In this document: positions 12,801 through 25,500 of the stretch, one piece after another
Layout: each line of letters starts with the position of its first letter
Position numbering within the stretch: position 1 is the first letter of the stretch
Origin: Macrostomum hystrix
Lineage: Eukaryota > Animalia > Platyhelminthes
Length of the DNA: 64,000 bases
Assembly: GCA_950097015.1 (NCBI GenBank)
Contig: CATNEN010000001.1
Span: 20,584,001-20,648,000, forward strand
Direction: 5' to 3'
Position numbers and translations under genes: made by a program
The notes under the pieces: model-generated
Database searches by the model: none
Seen by the model: the letters and a program-made list of their open reading frames with translations, nothing else
Told to the model about the DNA's origin: nothing

Positions 12801-15574
12801 TCTCCCTAATCTACTCTCTCCCTAATCTACTCTTTCCCTAATCTACTCTCTCCTTAATCTACTCTCTCCCTAATCTACTCTCAACCCTAATCTACTCTCT
12901 CCCTAATCTACTCTCTCCCCACTCTACGCTCTACCTTATCTACTCCCTTTCCAACCCGATCTAGCAATCTACATAAGCTACACATCATGTGGGTAAATTA
13001 ATCAATAGAGTTTAGCATTCAAGCCGTCACGCAAAAGTATCCGGTAATTTGCATCCCAGCCTCTCACACCTGCGTGTCTGTGTGTTGGGGCATGTTGGGT
13101 CAGTTTCACCTATTCCACAAATTGGAGCCAAAGTATGGAATTACAGTCACTTTATTCATTAAGCCCACTCTCTGCCCACTCTCCACCTGGGCAGTCTCCA
13201 AGCAAGACTTTAGTTCGCTTTTGGCATGCGAATAGCTAAGAGAGGCGGTTCTCACCCAACCATTCCGTAGCTAAATATCTTAATGCCTAACCATTCGGTC
13301 TATTGTTGTGAATGCATGCCTGAATATTAGAGTCGTACATAGGAAGATGCTCTGGAAGATGCTCAACAATGTACTCCAATCCGAAAGGCTTCTCTATATG
13401 AAATTCTATCTTATCTTATTTTGCTAGAATGAATGAAAAATGAATAGAGAGTAAAATTACATTCTCGGGGGGAGGTCTGCAAGACTAACTCAATACAATT
13501 TGGTTTTTCTTTTGAAATATTGTTTTTGTCATTTTCTGTAATGGCATTTTCATTTTGGCTTCCAAAAACTAGCACTTGTGCTTTTTTTTAATTCTGCCTT
13601 TTGAGACTGAGAGCTCCCTGCGGTACCGATTGCTCTTGAAGCACGCAGCAGGAAATTGAAAGAAAAACTGGTTCTGCGATTCTTTTGGTAGAAAAAATCA
13701 GAAACTGATACATTTTTCTTAATTAGTAGCATTTTATGTTTGTGAAAGTGGAGAGTGGTTTTAGATTGATTGTTTTACTGCTCATAATTTCTTGTGGGTC
13801 TGTGAACGCATTGAACCAAGAACAAAATAGTAAACTTAGATCTAGATAACTACCCAGTTCCGAGAAATCCTAAATTAATCTCTCCCCTGTCTCATCTCTT
13901 CCGTGTCTCATCTCTCCCGTATCTCATCTCTCCCGTATCTCATCTCTCCCGTGTCTCATCTCTCCCGTATCTCATCTCTCCCGTTGGTCATCTCTTCCGT
14001 GTCTCATCTCTGCCTTGTCTCATCTCTCCCGTGTCTCACCTCTCCCGTATCTCATCTCTCCCGTGTCTCACCTCTCCCGTATCTCATCTCTCCCGTGTCT
14101 CATCTCTGCCGTGTCTCATCTCTCCCCTATCTCATCTCTTCTGTGTCTCATCTCTCCCGTGTCTCATCTCTGCCGTGTCTCATCTCTCCCCTATCTCATC
14201 TCTTCTGTGTCTCATCTCTCCCGTATCTCATCTCTCCCGTGTCTCATCTCTCCCATGTCTCATCTCTCCCATGTCTCATCTCGCCCATGTCTTATCTCGC
14301 TCATGTCTCATCTCTCTCCTGTCGCATCTCTCCCGTGTCTCATCTCTCCCGTGTCATATCTATCCCGAGTCTCATCTCTCCCCTGTCTCATCTCTCCCCT
14401 GTCTCATCTCTCCCCTGTCTCATCTCTCCAATATCTCATCACAGGAAACCGAAAACTTTTTCGAATTTTACGAGTGTAAGTTTTTGTACCTGACATCAAT
14501 ATTTCTGGGAAATTAAAGGACAGACAGATCCCAGGTTCTTTTGCAAATGACGTCAACCAGTCGATATCTGTCCTCTGCCCTAATCGTGAGTCCAGTACTC
14601 AAATATCCCAAAATACTTTACAAGCTGCTGCTTGGCAGGTGGTGGGTCCCATTTTCGAGCCAACAAATCCTTCATTCGCTCACGCAAGGTAGTTTGCGTG
14701 ACTTGGCCTCAAAATTATTCTAAATTCGTACGAGTAGCCGACGCAACCCTCTGTGGACCGAGTCTCAAACAGATGCTCAATCACTTCCTCACAATCCATC
14801 CGAATGCAGGAAGAAAACTCAGTCTTCGTGTTCAACGGCGTCAACGGTTTTGATGTAGCCGACAATAGCTCGCCACAGCTGCAGTATCAGCAGCAGCATC
14901 ATCTGCAGCAGCACAGTCATCAGGTGGCTGTACCAGCGGCGCCACCGCCGCCGCCTCCGCCGCCTCCTCCGCCGCCGCCACCGGCTGTGGAAGCGCCTCG
15001 GTTTCCCCTGCTGCGCCAGTACCAGCAGAACCAGCAAGGCGATCAGGCCAACGGAGGCGGCGGAGTTCTGCAGGCCATTCGCAACCAGTTCCGCAAGCCG
15101 CCGGACCCGCGCAATGACCTCATCGAGGAGCTGAAGAAATTCAGCACGTCCAATCTGAAAAAGACGCAACGGCTGGCTGCACACGGCGGCCGGCAGGTCC
15201 GGCCGAAATCGCAGCCATTCGATAGCACTGACGGGCCGGCGGAGCAGCAGCCGCAGCAGCAGCAGCCGCAGCAGCAGCCGCAGCAGCAGCCGGGTATCCC
15301 AGCGTCTCGCTCACACCACCAGCAGCTGCACCAGCAGCACAGTGCGCAGCCGCAGTCGATGGCGGATGACAATAAGCCGCAGATTCCGCAGTGGCTGCGC
15401 GAGATGCGAGCTCGTCAGGCTGCCGAAAAGGCGACTCGCGATGCCGCCGAAGCAGCCAAGGTCAAGGAGGAGGAGGACCGGCTCGCCAAACTGCCGCCCT
15501 GGAAGAGGCAACTGCTGCAGCGGCAGCAGCAACAGCAGCTGGCTCATCAGCAGCTTCAGCAGGAAGTCAAATAG
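9836..15574 (+). CDS. ESPN: Espin/forked-like actin-bundling protein; exons 9836-10224, 10763-10913, 11277-11783, 14810-15574 (about 603 aa)
   Basis: N-terminal ankyrin repeats (GNTPAHDA, GATALHF, GATPLYLACQEGH, GLNCLHAAAQGGH, GALPIHYAASAGH), a polyproline run, a WH2 motif RNDLIEELKKF..LKKT and a C-terminal espin/forked module IPQWLREM...EEEDRLAKLPPWKRQLL. Junction phases 2,0,0 are consistent. The start could be ATG 9881, and extra exons in 11.8-14.8 kb are not excluded. Confidence 0.88.
10235..10716. repeat. 17-bp minisatellite AACAGGTTCTCTTATCT
   Basis: Direct reading; fills espin intron 1. Confidence 0.95.
11013..11240 (+). mobile_element. Internally deleted SINE B remnant followed by SINE A remnant
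   Basis: GAGTGGCAGAGCGGT..GGCGAGGCTACAT..AACCTCCAAGGCACAGTGAGAGTGTAC (B), then AGCCTAGTGGTT..GTCCATGGACTGAACAGC (A). Confidence 0.7.
12416..12945. repeat. 16-bp minisatellite CCCTAATCTACTCTCT
   Basis: Direct reading. Confidence 0.95.
13878..14440. repeat. 16-bp minisatellite, same family as 1918-2775
   Basis: Direct reading. Confidence 0.95.
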
Positions 15575-18503
15575 GCACATATGTATTAATTTTATACTGC
15601 TTACCATTTGTGATTTGTGACTTGTCAAAGACCGGTAAAACTAAGATACCCAGATGGGTCTCATTGGTTTTGTTTTCTTAAGTCAGTCCCACTGTCACTT
15701 AACGCCTGGATTTTCCACTAGGTAACACAAAATAAAAACATGGATTTTCCCCAAGGTCACACCGACTCCAAGTATCGACTTTTTCAAGGTCTCACTGCAC
15801 TGACAATGGGCATGCATCGCTCTCAAGGTTGCTCGGACTCTTAGGTATTTTCGCCAAGGTCACACCAACTTTATTAAGCATGGAATTTTACAAAGTGATG
15901 TTGAGTTTGAACATGGATTTCCCTCCCAAGGTCACACGGTGAACCGGTGGATTATTCCATGGTTAAATCCACTACTTAGGCTAAAGGCAATCATAAAAAA
16001 CTATTTTCCAAGTTCGAGTGTGATTGGTATTTTAGTTCGTGAGACAAATGCCAAAATTTGGGGTGCCCCAAAATGCTCGTCAAACACAAAAAACACGAAT
16101 GAATAAAATTTCATATATTCCAGGCTATTTTAAACACTGAACCGAAAGCATTTGTAACTTATCAATTGCTTTGCTCTTCTCTTGCTATACAAATTGCCAA
16201 CGATGCTCTCTTTACTCACCATTTTTGTAACTGAGGGCACACATGATCACTATATTTATATATTTTCACATATACTATATAGTAAAAATATATGGTAACG
16301 TGCGCTCAACTTTATAGATAAGTCGTTGAATACATGTTTTTTACATATATTTTTGTTCTCTCAAGTGCTTCAATAATGATGTCAATTCATGAATTTGTGA
16401 TACGTATAGGCATATGTAGTTCTTTGTTTTCCAGTGTACGAGTACATCTTAAACGGCTCAACGATAAAACAATGAAAAACAATTTTAGTATTCACATTTA
16501 TCGCTTTTGTTGTTCACGAAAAAGCTATTTAACTTTACATGGAAACAAGCCAGCTCAATGTTCTGTATTCAAGGTTGGCGCAGTTTTTTATTGTTGGATT
16601 TGAGTTTTACTGTTGAGTGAATTTCATTCTATTACGTATTTTTAGCTGTCTTTCACAAAAGACGAACGGTTATAAACATTTTTGGAATGATGCTTAGTAC
16701 CATAAATGCTGTTCACAAGCACCTCTGGTTTTATTATTATTTTAAATTTACTATTTTCAAACGTTAAAACAAAAGTTTCGGTTTTGAGTATTTAACTACA
16801 TGAAATAAACAGCTGGCCTTGCACCATACTTCATTTTTTAAATAGTCTAAAGACTAAAAACTTTCTATGATGCATGTGTCATAGCAGATTGATACATTGT
16901 TATTTGATTTGTCTTAAAGTGACGTTTGATAGTTAAAAACATGTCAACTTATTTAAAAGCTAACACAGTTTATACTAAAAAAACTTACTTTTTTATATCC
17001 TCATATCTTTTTTCAAATACCTCATATTTATTCTCCTAAATATCCTTATTTTCTCGTGTACATCTTTTAAAATCAGTTAATTTTTTCTTTGAAATTTAGT
17101 TAAAATCAAGTACGTAAACCAATTTGTTAAAGTAACTGTCGAGAAATTGAGAAAGCGGTGGAGAATGTGAGCGGTGGACCAATCAGAAAGCAGAAAAGGA
17201 TAGAATTAGAGCGAGGTGAGAACCGACAGTTAAGAATGGAATGTAAACAGACAAGAGTGCAGAGGAACGAGAGAAGGGAGTCGTGACAGAAGCATCCAAA
17301 ACAGAATTTAGATGCTTAATTTCCGGCGAATCAGCTCACTGCAGCTCAACCAAGCCGTAAGAGAAAATAAAAGTAAAGTAGAAGAAAAATCTTTATTATA
17401 ACCTAATTATTTATCCTCCACACTCTGATTTTAACATTCCGAGATATAAGAAATAAGAATATATAAGAAAACATAAGAAAGAATATATAAGAAAACAATT
17501 TTCGAATTGTTGCAACTGCAGTAGTTGCTAATTTTAGCAACCTAATTTTTTTTTGAGTAGAATACACTTTTTGTCATTGTTTATATAGTTTCTTGTGCTT
17601 TTTGAAGCTCCTGTGTATGAAACGTTTTTATTTGAAAAAAAACCATGCATACCGACCGTTTACACTACTGTCAGTAGCGCTGGAAGCAACTCATTCATGT
17701 GGTAACATTTTGGCGCATGCGAATGCGATATCAATGCCCAAATTGCACTACTGACAATAGTAAAGCATAGAAATTCGTGGAAAATGTAAAAAAGTTAAAT
17801 GGTATTTACTGTCCTCCCTGTTACTGGCACTTCAATTAAATAAAATATATTCATTAGTAATTCGCAAAATCTCTTCTTAAAAAAATTCGATGACACATTA
17901 AGCGGTGCAGTGAGGCATGGAAAAATACTTGCTCTGATGTGTTAAGGCACATTTCCTGCAGTTGACGAGCTATCATTGCGCATGAGTTCATGAGTACAGT
18001 CACAGATTTAAATACTGTACGTTTTAGAGTAGTTTTTTATATATCTGGTCCTGTTGAAGCACCAGATCAGTGTGAGAAAATTAACCACACAAGTAGTCAA
18101 AACCAAACCAACGAAGAGACCAAAATATGATCGAATGACAAGAGAAAAAGTATTTAGCACGCTTTCGATCCTAAAGTCAAGTTACAGCAAAATTACTACT
18201 AATCCCATCAAATACGTATATTATGAGCAAAGAAACTTTATCTGAAAAAACGCCTAGCATATACTTAATCATAAGTATAAGTATCTGAACACGGTAGGTG
18301 ACAATTAAAAAGGGGAGGCAAACGAGGCTGTACACAGTAGTTAACTTTTGAAAGACAATTTCGGGTAAATAGGGCGTGGCCAAAGAGCAAACTAGCAGCA
18401 AGATAATAAAAATACTGACTTGACAACACTTAATTGCTTCCCTGCGTCACGTGACTGGCTGGTTGCGTAAAAGTACTTAGCCTCCAGGACGTCAGCGGCC
18501 AAT

Positions 18504-21500
18504 CTAGGGCTTGTGCCTTGAAAGCGCGGCTACGGCACTTTTTCTACGAAACGAGACCTTCTTGAGCTTGGCCTTGTAGTGCTCGTTCTGAATTTCGCGC
18601 ACGTGACTGCCAGGAAACCAACCACGCAGGCCCAGCTGGGTTAGACGGCTGCCCAGAAACCAACCTGTGTTAGATGGGAGAGATGGACATAGGAGAGATG
18701 GACATGGGAGAGATGGACATGGGAGAGATGGACAGGGGACAGATGGACATGGGAGAGATGGACATGGGAGAGATGGACATGGGAGAGATTGACATGGGAG
18801 AGATGGACATGGGAGAGATGGACATGGGAGAGATGGACAGGGGACAGATGGACAGGGGAGAGATGAGACATGGGAGAGATGGACATGGGAGAGATGGACA
18901 TGGGAGAGATGGACAGGGGACAGATGGACAGGGGAGAGATGAGACATGGGAGAGATGGACATGGGAGAGATGGACATGGGAGAGATGGACATGGGAGAGA
19001 TGGACATGGGAGAGATGGACAGGGGAGAGATGGACATGGGAGAGATGGACATGGAAGAGATGGACATGGGAGAGATGGACATGGGAGAGATGGACATGGG
19101 AGAGATGGACATGGGAGAGATGGACATGGGAGAGATGGACAGGGGAGAGATGAACAGGGGAGAGATGGACATGGGAGAGATGAGACAGGGGAGAAGAGAC
19201 AGGGAGAGATGAGATATGGGCGAGATGAGACAAGGGAGAGATGAGACATCGGAGAGATGAGACACGGCAGAGATGAGACATGGGCGAGATGAGACAGGGA
19301 GAGATGAGATATGGGCGAGATGAGACATGGGAGAGATGAGACAGGGGAGAGATGAGACACGGCAGAGATGACACAGGGGAGAGATGAGACACGGCAGAGA
19401 TGACACAGGGGAGAGATGAGACACGGCAGAGATGAGACATGGGAGAGATGATACATGGCAGAGATGAGACATGGGAAAGAAGAGACAGGGGAGAGAAGAG
19501 ACAGGGGAGAAGAGACAAGAAGGAGAAGAGACAGGGGAGAGATGAAACAGGAGAGAGATGAGCCAGGCGAGAGATGAGACAGGGGATAGAAGGGACAGGG
19601 AAGAGAATATACAAAGGAGAAATGAAACAGGGAGAGATGAGACTGCGGTTTGATATTCTGGAGAATCGGAACAGAGCCGGTAAATCAGAGTAGAAGGAAT
19701 CAGGCCTCACCGTCCTCAGTCTTCTTATAAATGTTCACAATGTCTCCTGGCCGCAGCTCGAGGTCGTCCTTCTGCTGCGCCGCGTAGGCTCGAATGACCT
19801 CAGCCTGGGGACAGTCGTCTGGCTCGTAGACTGGGTCACCGAGCTCGTCCCTGGGACTGAAGATCAACAGCCAGCGCTCGGCCTCCTCCCTGCTTGGCAG
19901 CTCCAGCACCAAGGACACCGGCGGGGTGCCGTCAGAGCTGTCCACCAGACGCAGTCGGATGGTCTGCTTTTGCGGAGACGGCCCAGCCGAGCTGCTCGTC
20001 GATTCGTCGATTGTGCTGGACGCTGAGGACAGGTACTCAGCATCGACGTAGGCCCTCGGACAGTGCTTGAGCACCTGAAAGCCTTGATCGCTGCAATTTG
20101 GGGCGAGAATGTTGATTCGCTAAAACTGCTTTTAGTCTTTGTTAGACAGTGTGCTGAACTGTTAGACAGTGTGCTGAACTGTTGAACAGTTAGTTAAACT
20201 GTAAGTGAGAGTATTTCAAGAGACAATTTCTCAACCGGCTCACCTCTTTGGCTTGGACACAATAAGCAGGTCAGAGAATGCGTGCAGCTGAATGTAGTTC
20301 TTCCGCAGGAACATTTTGGCCACAAAGCCTTGAGTGTTGGGCGAGGCGCTGATGACCCGAACCTGAGCTTGGCGGATCAGGTGCCGGCCGCCGCCCCAGC
20401 AACCGACTTTCTGTTGAGACAGTTTCAAAGGAGCGAAATTTCTTACTTAGCTTGAACTTCCTAAAACCAAAACTGATTGCGAAAACTCTCAGCGCTCTAC
20501 TATCAGTAGAAGTTAGCCCATATGCGCCAACCTTGACTTTGCTGAAGATGAGCTGATTCTGCAGTTTGAGCATCTGTTCCTTCTCCGACATCATCCTAGA
20601 CTCTTGGTCGCACTCCCTGGCCAAGTTGAGCAGCTGGCCGAGTGCTAGCATGCCAGTGGCATAGCTGGGCGAGCTCTGAGGCATCCTGCGGAGCACCGCG
20701 TCCATGAGAAGCTGCAGACTCATCACTCGCTTCATCGGCATCTCCAGGTAGCTCTGCATGGAGATCCGGCGGCACTCTGGTCTTTGTTCTAATTCGGCCA
20801 GTTGGGCGACAAAGTCCGGGTTGTCGCAGAGCTTCTGCAGAGTCTTGGTCTGATAGAAGAAGTTGCGGCAGTAGTCTTTGTACACCTTGAGACTCTCGAA
20901 GCAGTCCAGAATCACCTGGCTGATCCAGTTCATCTTGGGGCTCTTCTTCCACTCCTCTTCGAGGGACTTCAGGAAGCTGCGGATTCAATCATGGACAGGA
21001 TAGTAGAGGAGACGAGTGGAGATGAGATGGGAGGAACTGGAGGAATTATTCCGAATCTAAATGAGAATCCGACCGACTTGATAAAGGCCAGAGAGCACTG
21101 ACGTTGTAGATAAAGGATGAAAAGGATTCCCTAAGCAGTCAAGCATCCATGAAGCGGTCTAACACTCGCGTCAAAAAGCATCAAAAGGCGGCGCTTGAGT
21201 CGATCGATCATTATTGCCCCTAACTAGCCCTAAAGCATGCTTTCCCGCGATAATCCGGGAGACACTGAAACGAACAACTCTCCATAGTAACAATCGATAA
21301 TCGGAAATGCTTGGACAGTGTTCCCTTCATTTGATGTCGCCACCATAGACCTATAATCGGAGACACAAATCTATCCTGGGAAAAATGTAGAATTAGAGCC
21401 TCTTCTCTGCTCGGATAATCGCATTGGTCGATCAGCGCTTGACTGATCGTTGCGAGGAAAAATGAGAGTGTAATTTAATTAATTCTGTCGGCTAAGATCG

Positions 21501-22524
21501 TCAAAGGTCACAAAAGGAGGCTATCGATAGCCGTGGGCCACACAGTGTAAGCTAAGACTGTTGTTCTTTCGAAGCCATAGCTGTATCGTTGATACAAAGT
21601 GCTCATCACTCAGGACTCAGTTTTCAGTTTTATCTATCGAAGTTTTCTTTTTTAAACCGCCTTTCTTCTTTTACCTGTCCTTTTTATCAACGACTGTCAA
21701 TTGTAAAAAAGAACGCTAGACACACGGTTACGCAAAGATTCAAAAGGCCATTGGCCCTTTCGGTGAGCAAAATAGGTACTACGAGCGCACGAACTCAATC
21801 CATAGAAAAAATGACGCTCTTAAGTGAAAATAAAAGATCGGTTGAGAAAGCGATGAGTTCAAAATGCTCAAGCATGCTGTAAACGACTTTAGACAATGGT
21901 GCAATCGCTATACTACGATATACTCGTAGCTATTCTAGAAGCGAGCAGAAAATTTATGTCTATGGCCCTAAAAAGTAGCTTTTGCATTCATTCGATATGT
22001 CTGACACATGCTTTTTCGTGTTGTAGATGTCTGTCTCAAATTTATCATTCGCTTCTTTGAGTCGCCCAGTCAAATAGCATATCAGCCATTGTGGGACACT
22101 TAAGAATAATATAGAAGCAACATTTCATCTTCACTTACGACGTTGAGCAATCGAAGATGTCGACAATGTTAGAGAACAGATGATGCTTGTCCAACGCTTT
22201 GACCAGCGAGTTCGGTCTGGTGTGGTCGAACAAAGCGCTATTGTAGAACACATCGATTAGCACAAGCAGGTTCTTGTAGTAGGAGGCCTCTGAGGTTATG
22301 ATCTCGAACTGGGCCTGAAATTGCGGACTTGTTTGTTAAGCAGTCACTCGCCTCTTTTTGGGACGCATTGGGAAGAAGAGCCTCACCTCCTGCAGTTTGA
22401 TCTCATCCTTGGACATTGTCTCTAGGAAGCCGGCGTCAATCACTTCGCTCATATTTATCCACAGAGTTCGACTAGGACCAGTGCTGGTTAACCTGCCGGC
22501 TAGCTCACTGCCTCTCTGCTCATT

Positions 22525-22555
<31 letters not shown>

Positions 22556-25500
22556 GGCTGCTGCTGTTGTTGATTTTGCAAAACTGAAATCCTGTTTCTT
22601 GTTGTGGTACCAGTAGTGTCTGCTGAGGCGCCGGCCGCATTGGAGGCCGGGTCTTCCTGAAAGTCTGGATCACTTTCTGAAGCTTGCATCGAACCTTGAC
22701 GCAGAAGTGAAAAGTTCAGGTTAGTTTTCCTGATACTCAAGGAATAATTAAACGCAATTTATTGAAGAGTAGGTGTAGAACGTCTCACCGAATCTCGCAG
22801 CTGGATCCTCGAACTCGGGACCAACTCGGTCGTAGAAAACCGACTTGTACTTGCTGCGATCTTGAAGCTTCTCAGCTTGGTACTAGATAGTGTTTATGAT
22901 GGGTCAGGTGAGTGAGATGAAGCTCATGATGGGTCAGGTGACTGAGGTGGAGTTCCTGATGGGTCAGGTGAGTGAGGTGAAGCTCATGATGGGTCAGGTG
23001 GCTGAGGTGAAGCTCATGATGGGTCAGGTGAGTAAGGTGAAGCTCATGATGGGTCAGGTGACTGAGGTGGAGTTCCTGATGGGTCAGGTGAGTGAGGTGA
23101 AGCTCATGATGGGTCAGGTGAGTGAGGTGAAGCTCATTATGGGTCAGGTGAGTTCGTGGAAGATCAGATGCAAATATGCAAAGTTATGCTTACCCTCAAA
23201 AATATCTCCGCTCTTTCAGCTTTGGTCTCCTCAGAAAAGCTGGCTTTGCGACTGTCAAGAATAAAAGTGAGTTATGTTGTTTTTCAAATTGGCTTCGATT
23301 GATCAGGGCTAAATGATAAACACAAAAATCTGACTCAAACAGTCCAAAAAATGGAGCTCACCCTCCGTTTACAGACATTTCCTCGAAAACTGGAAAGTGG
23401 TTTAGGAGGTTCTTTTTTGTCTAAATAAAGACAGTTTTGCAACAGTTTTTCTACGAGTAGAAATCAACTTTAAAAGTACTTTTCGACTGCCCTAAATATT
23501 AGCTTTCGAGCTCACCTTCGAATCGTTTTAGAATTCCCTGTTTGACAGTGCCTCTGCCGCTTGCTCGTGCACCTTTGCTGGGACCTAGGGCGCGCACCAG
23601 GTCCGAGTTGCCGTACTGGCCGCTGATGCAGTCTGCAAAGCGAGCGGTTTTTAGTCCTAGCTGAAGGCATTCAGAATTTCTGGATAAAACGTTATATAAG
23701 CTATAATCAGACACCCCATACATATGACTCCATTAGGAATCGGAAAGCGCAAATCATTTCTTCGTTGAAGCTCAGCCCCTGAGCACTGAGCTAAGCTGAT
23801 ATAATTATCGACTGTTTGTTTAATAAATGCTCCCCAACTCGACTCCAGTTATTTCTCTGGTAATGACAGTTCTATTGACTTGATCGCGTTTGACCCATTT
23901 CATACGGGCCGGCCGGGCATCGAAACTTTTCTATCCCCGCGCAGGGGTTAGACCGGGAATGTACATTCGATTGACCGCGCTCCGCAGAGCATGTACATTA
24001 GTGCCCCAAGAGGCAGGCATGGGTTGTGCTTATGGCCCTCCGGCGAGTGAGGTCACGTGACGCTTTTAGCAGTTTTTTATTTGTAATCGCTCGAGAGTCG
24101 AAAAAGTCTAGCACGATAATTGTGGGTCCGTTGGAGGCGTGTGTAGAGCTCCAAAAACTAATTTATCGCAACATATGCTGTGTAAGGCCCATTTAATACT
24201 TGTAGTTTGCTGAACGAGAGAACGCTCTCTTTAACTTGATTATAGCGAATCTCCATGGCCAGACTGTACAATTAATCATGTTTTTCTAACGCATTCATTG
24301 TTTCAAAAGAGCAGAATTAGCAATGACGGAGAAGCCTGACAAAATGTTTATGCGTTCGCAATTAGGCCACATGTGAACAGTTTGACATGAAACAGACGCA
24401 GGCGGCTAGGTCTACGAGTACTAGTATTTCATTGCAGCCTCGTTTAATATTTGATTCACATTTGAAAATTTGTTGCGACTCATAAATATTGTTGTGCCGC
24501 AGCTATTGCACTAGTTTAAGACCATGTTGCAGTCTGTCTACTCTACTAGATCGTGCTCAATTTGCGCAGCAGAGTCATATTTGCAGTTTTAGGGCGAGGG
24601 AAAACGCTGAGAAAACTGAATGTTTTAATATGCTGGTCGCTGTCTTTTGCTTGGGCACAGAAATTCGCTTTCATGCTGGTTGTTTGTCTTCTCCTTCCAT
24701 TTTGAGCTGAGCTGCTCGTGAGTCAGCGGCTTCATTCAAATCGGATCAATCAATTTAAGTTTTCACCCGTGTAAAATAGCGATTTTTATTCACGCAATCC
24801 ATGCTGCTTCATTGGATTCAATCTATGGAAATAGCGTGAGCAGGCACTACGGACTAATGAGTAGGTTTGGCTGTTCTCGTCAGAGTCCCATTGTCTTGAA
24901 GAAAATAACCAACAGGTGCATGATCCCCGGCAGTCTAATCACACTAATTGTCTCAACTCAGCTGTGCTCTGTTGCCTCCTCTCGCTTGTCATTGTTGAAA
25001 GGAAATAACAGTTAGGCGCTAATTAAGAGACCGACGTATTCGTTCGATGATGGGTTACAGGTATTTCGGTGAAAGCATCTACACCTGGACTCTCATACGC
25101 AAAATTGTACGCTAAAAGTAACTTTACATTCGTACTGTATTTGCGTTCATCGGTAAACGCTATCATTTTTAATATGGAAGGCGGAACGAGCATTAATGCT
25201 CCGATGTGAAAAGCAAATAAACTTCAACTGGGTTGGGTCACGTCAGGCCACTGATGAGGCGGGTGAATTCTCTGAAGTGTTGGGTTACTTCACTGATGAG
25301 GCGGGTGAATTCTCTGAAGTGTTGGGTTACTTCACTGAGGTGGCGGGTGACTTCACTGAGGTGGTGGGTGACTTCACTGAGGTGGTGGGTGACTTCACTG
25401 AAGTGTTGGGTTACTTCACTGAGGTGGTGAGTGACTTCACTGAGGTGGTGGGTGACTTCACTGAGGTGGTGGGTGACTTCACTGAAGTGTTGGGTTACTT

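Noticed and set aside
21343-21965. MITE with CCATAGAC/GTCTATGG ends (also 33481-33550)
   Set aside because: Short inverted ends only; no target-site duplication found.
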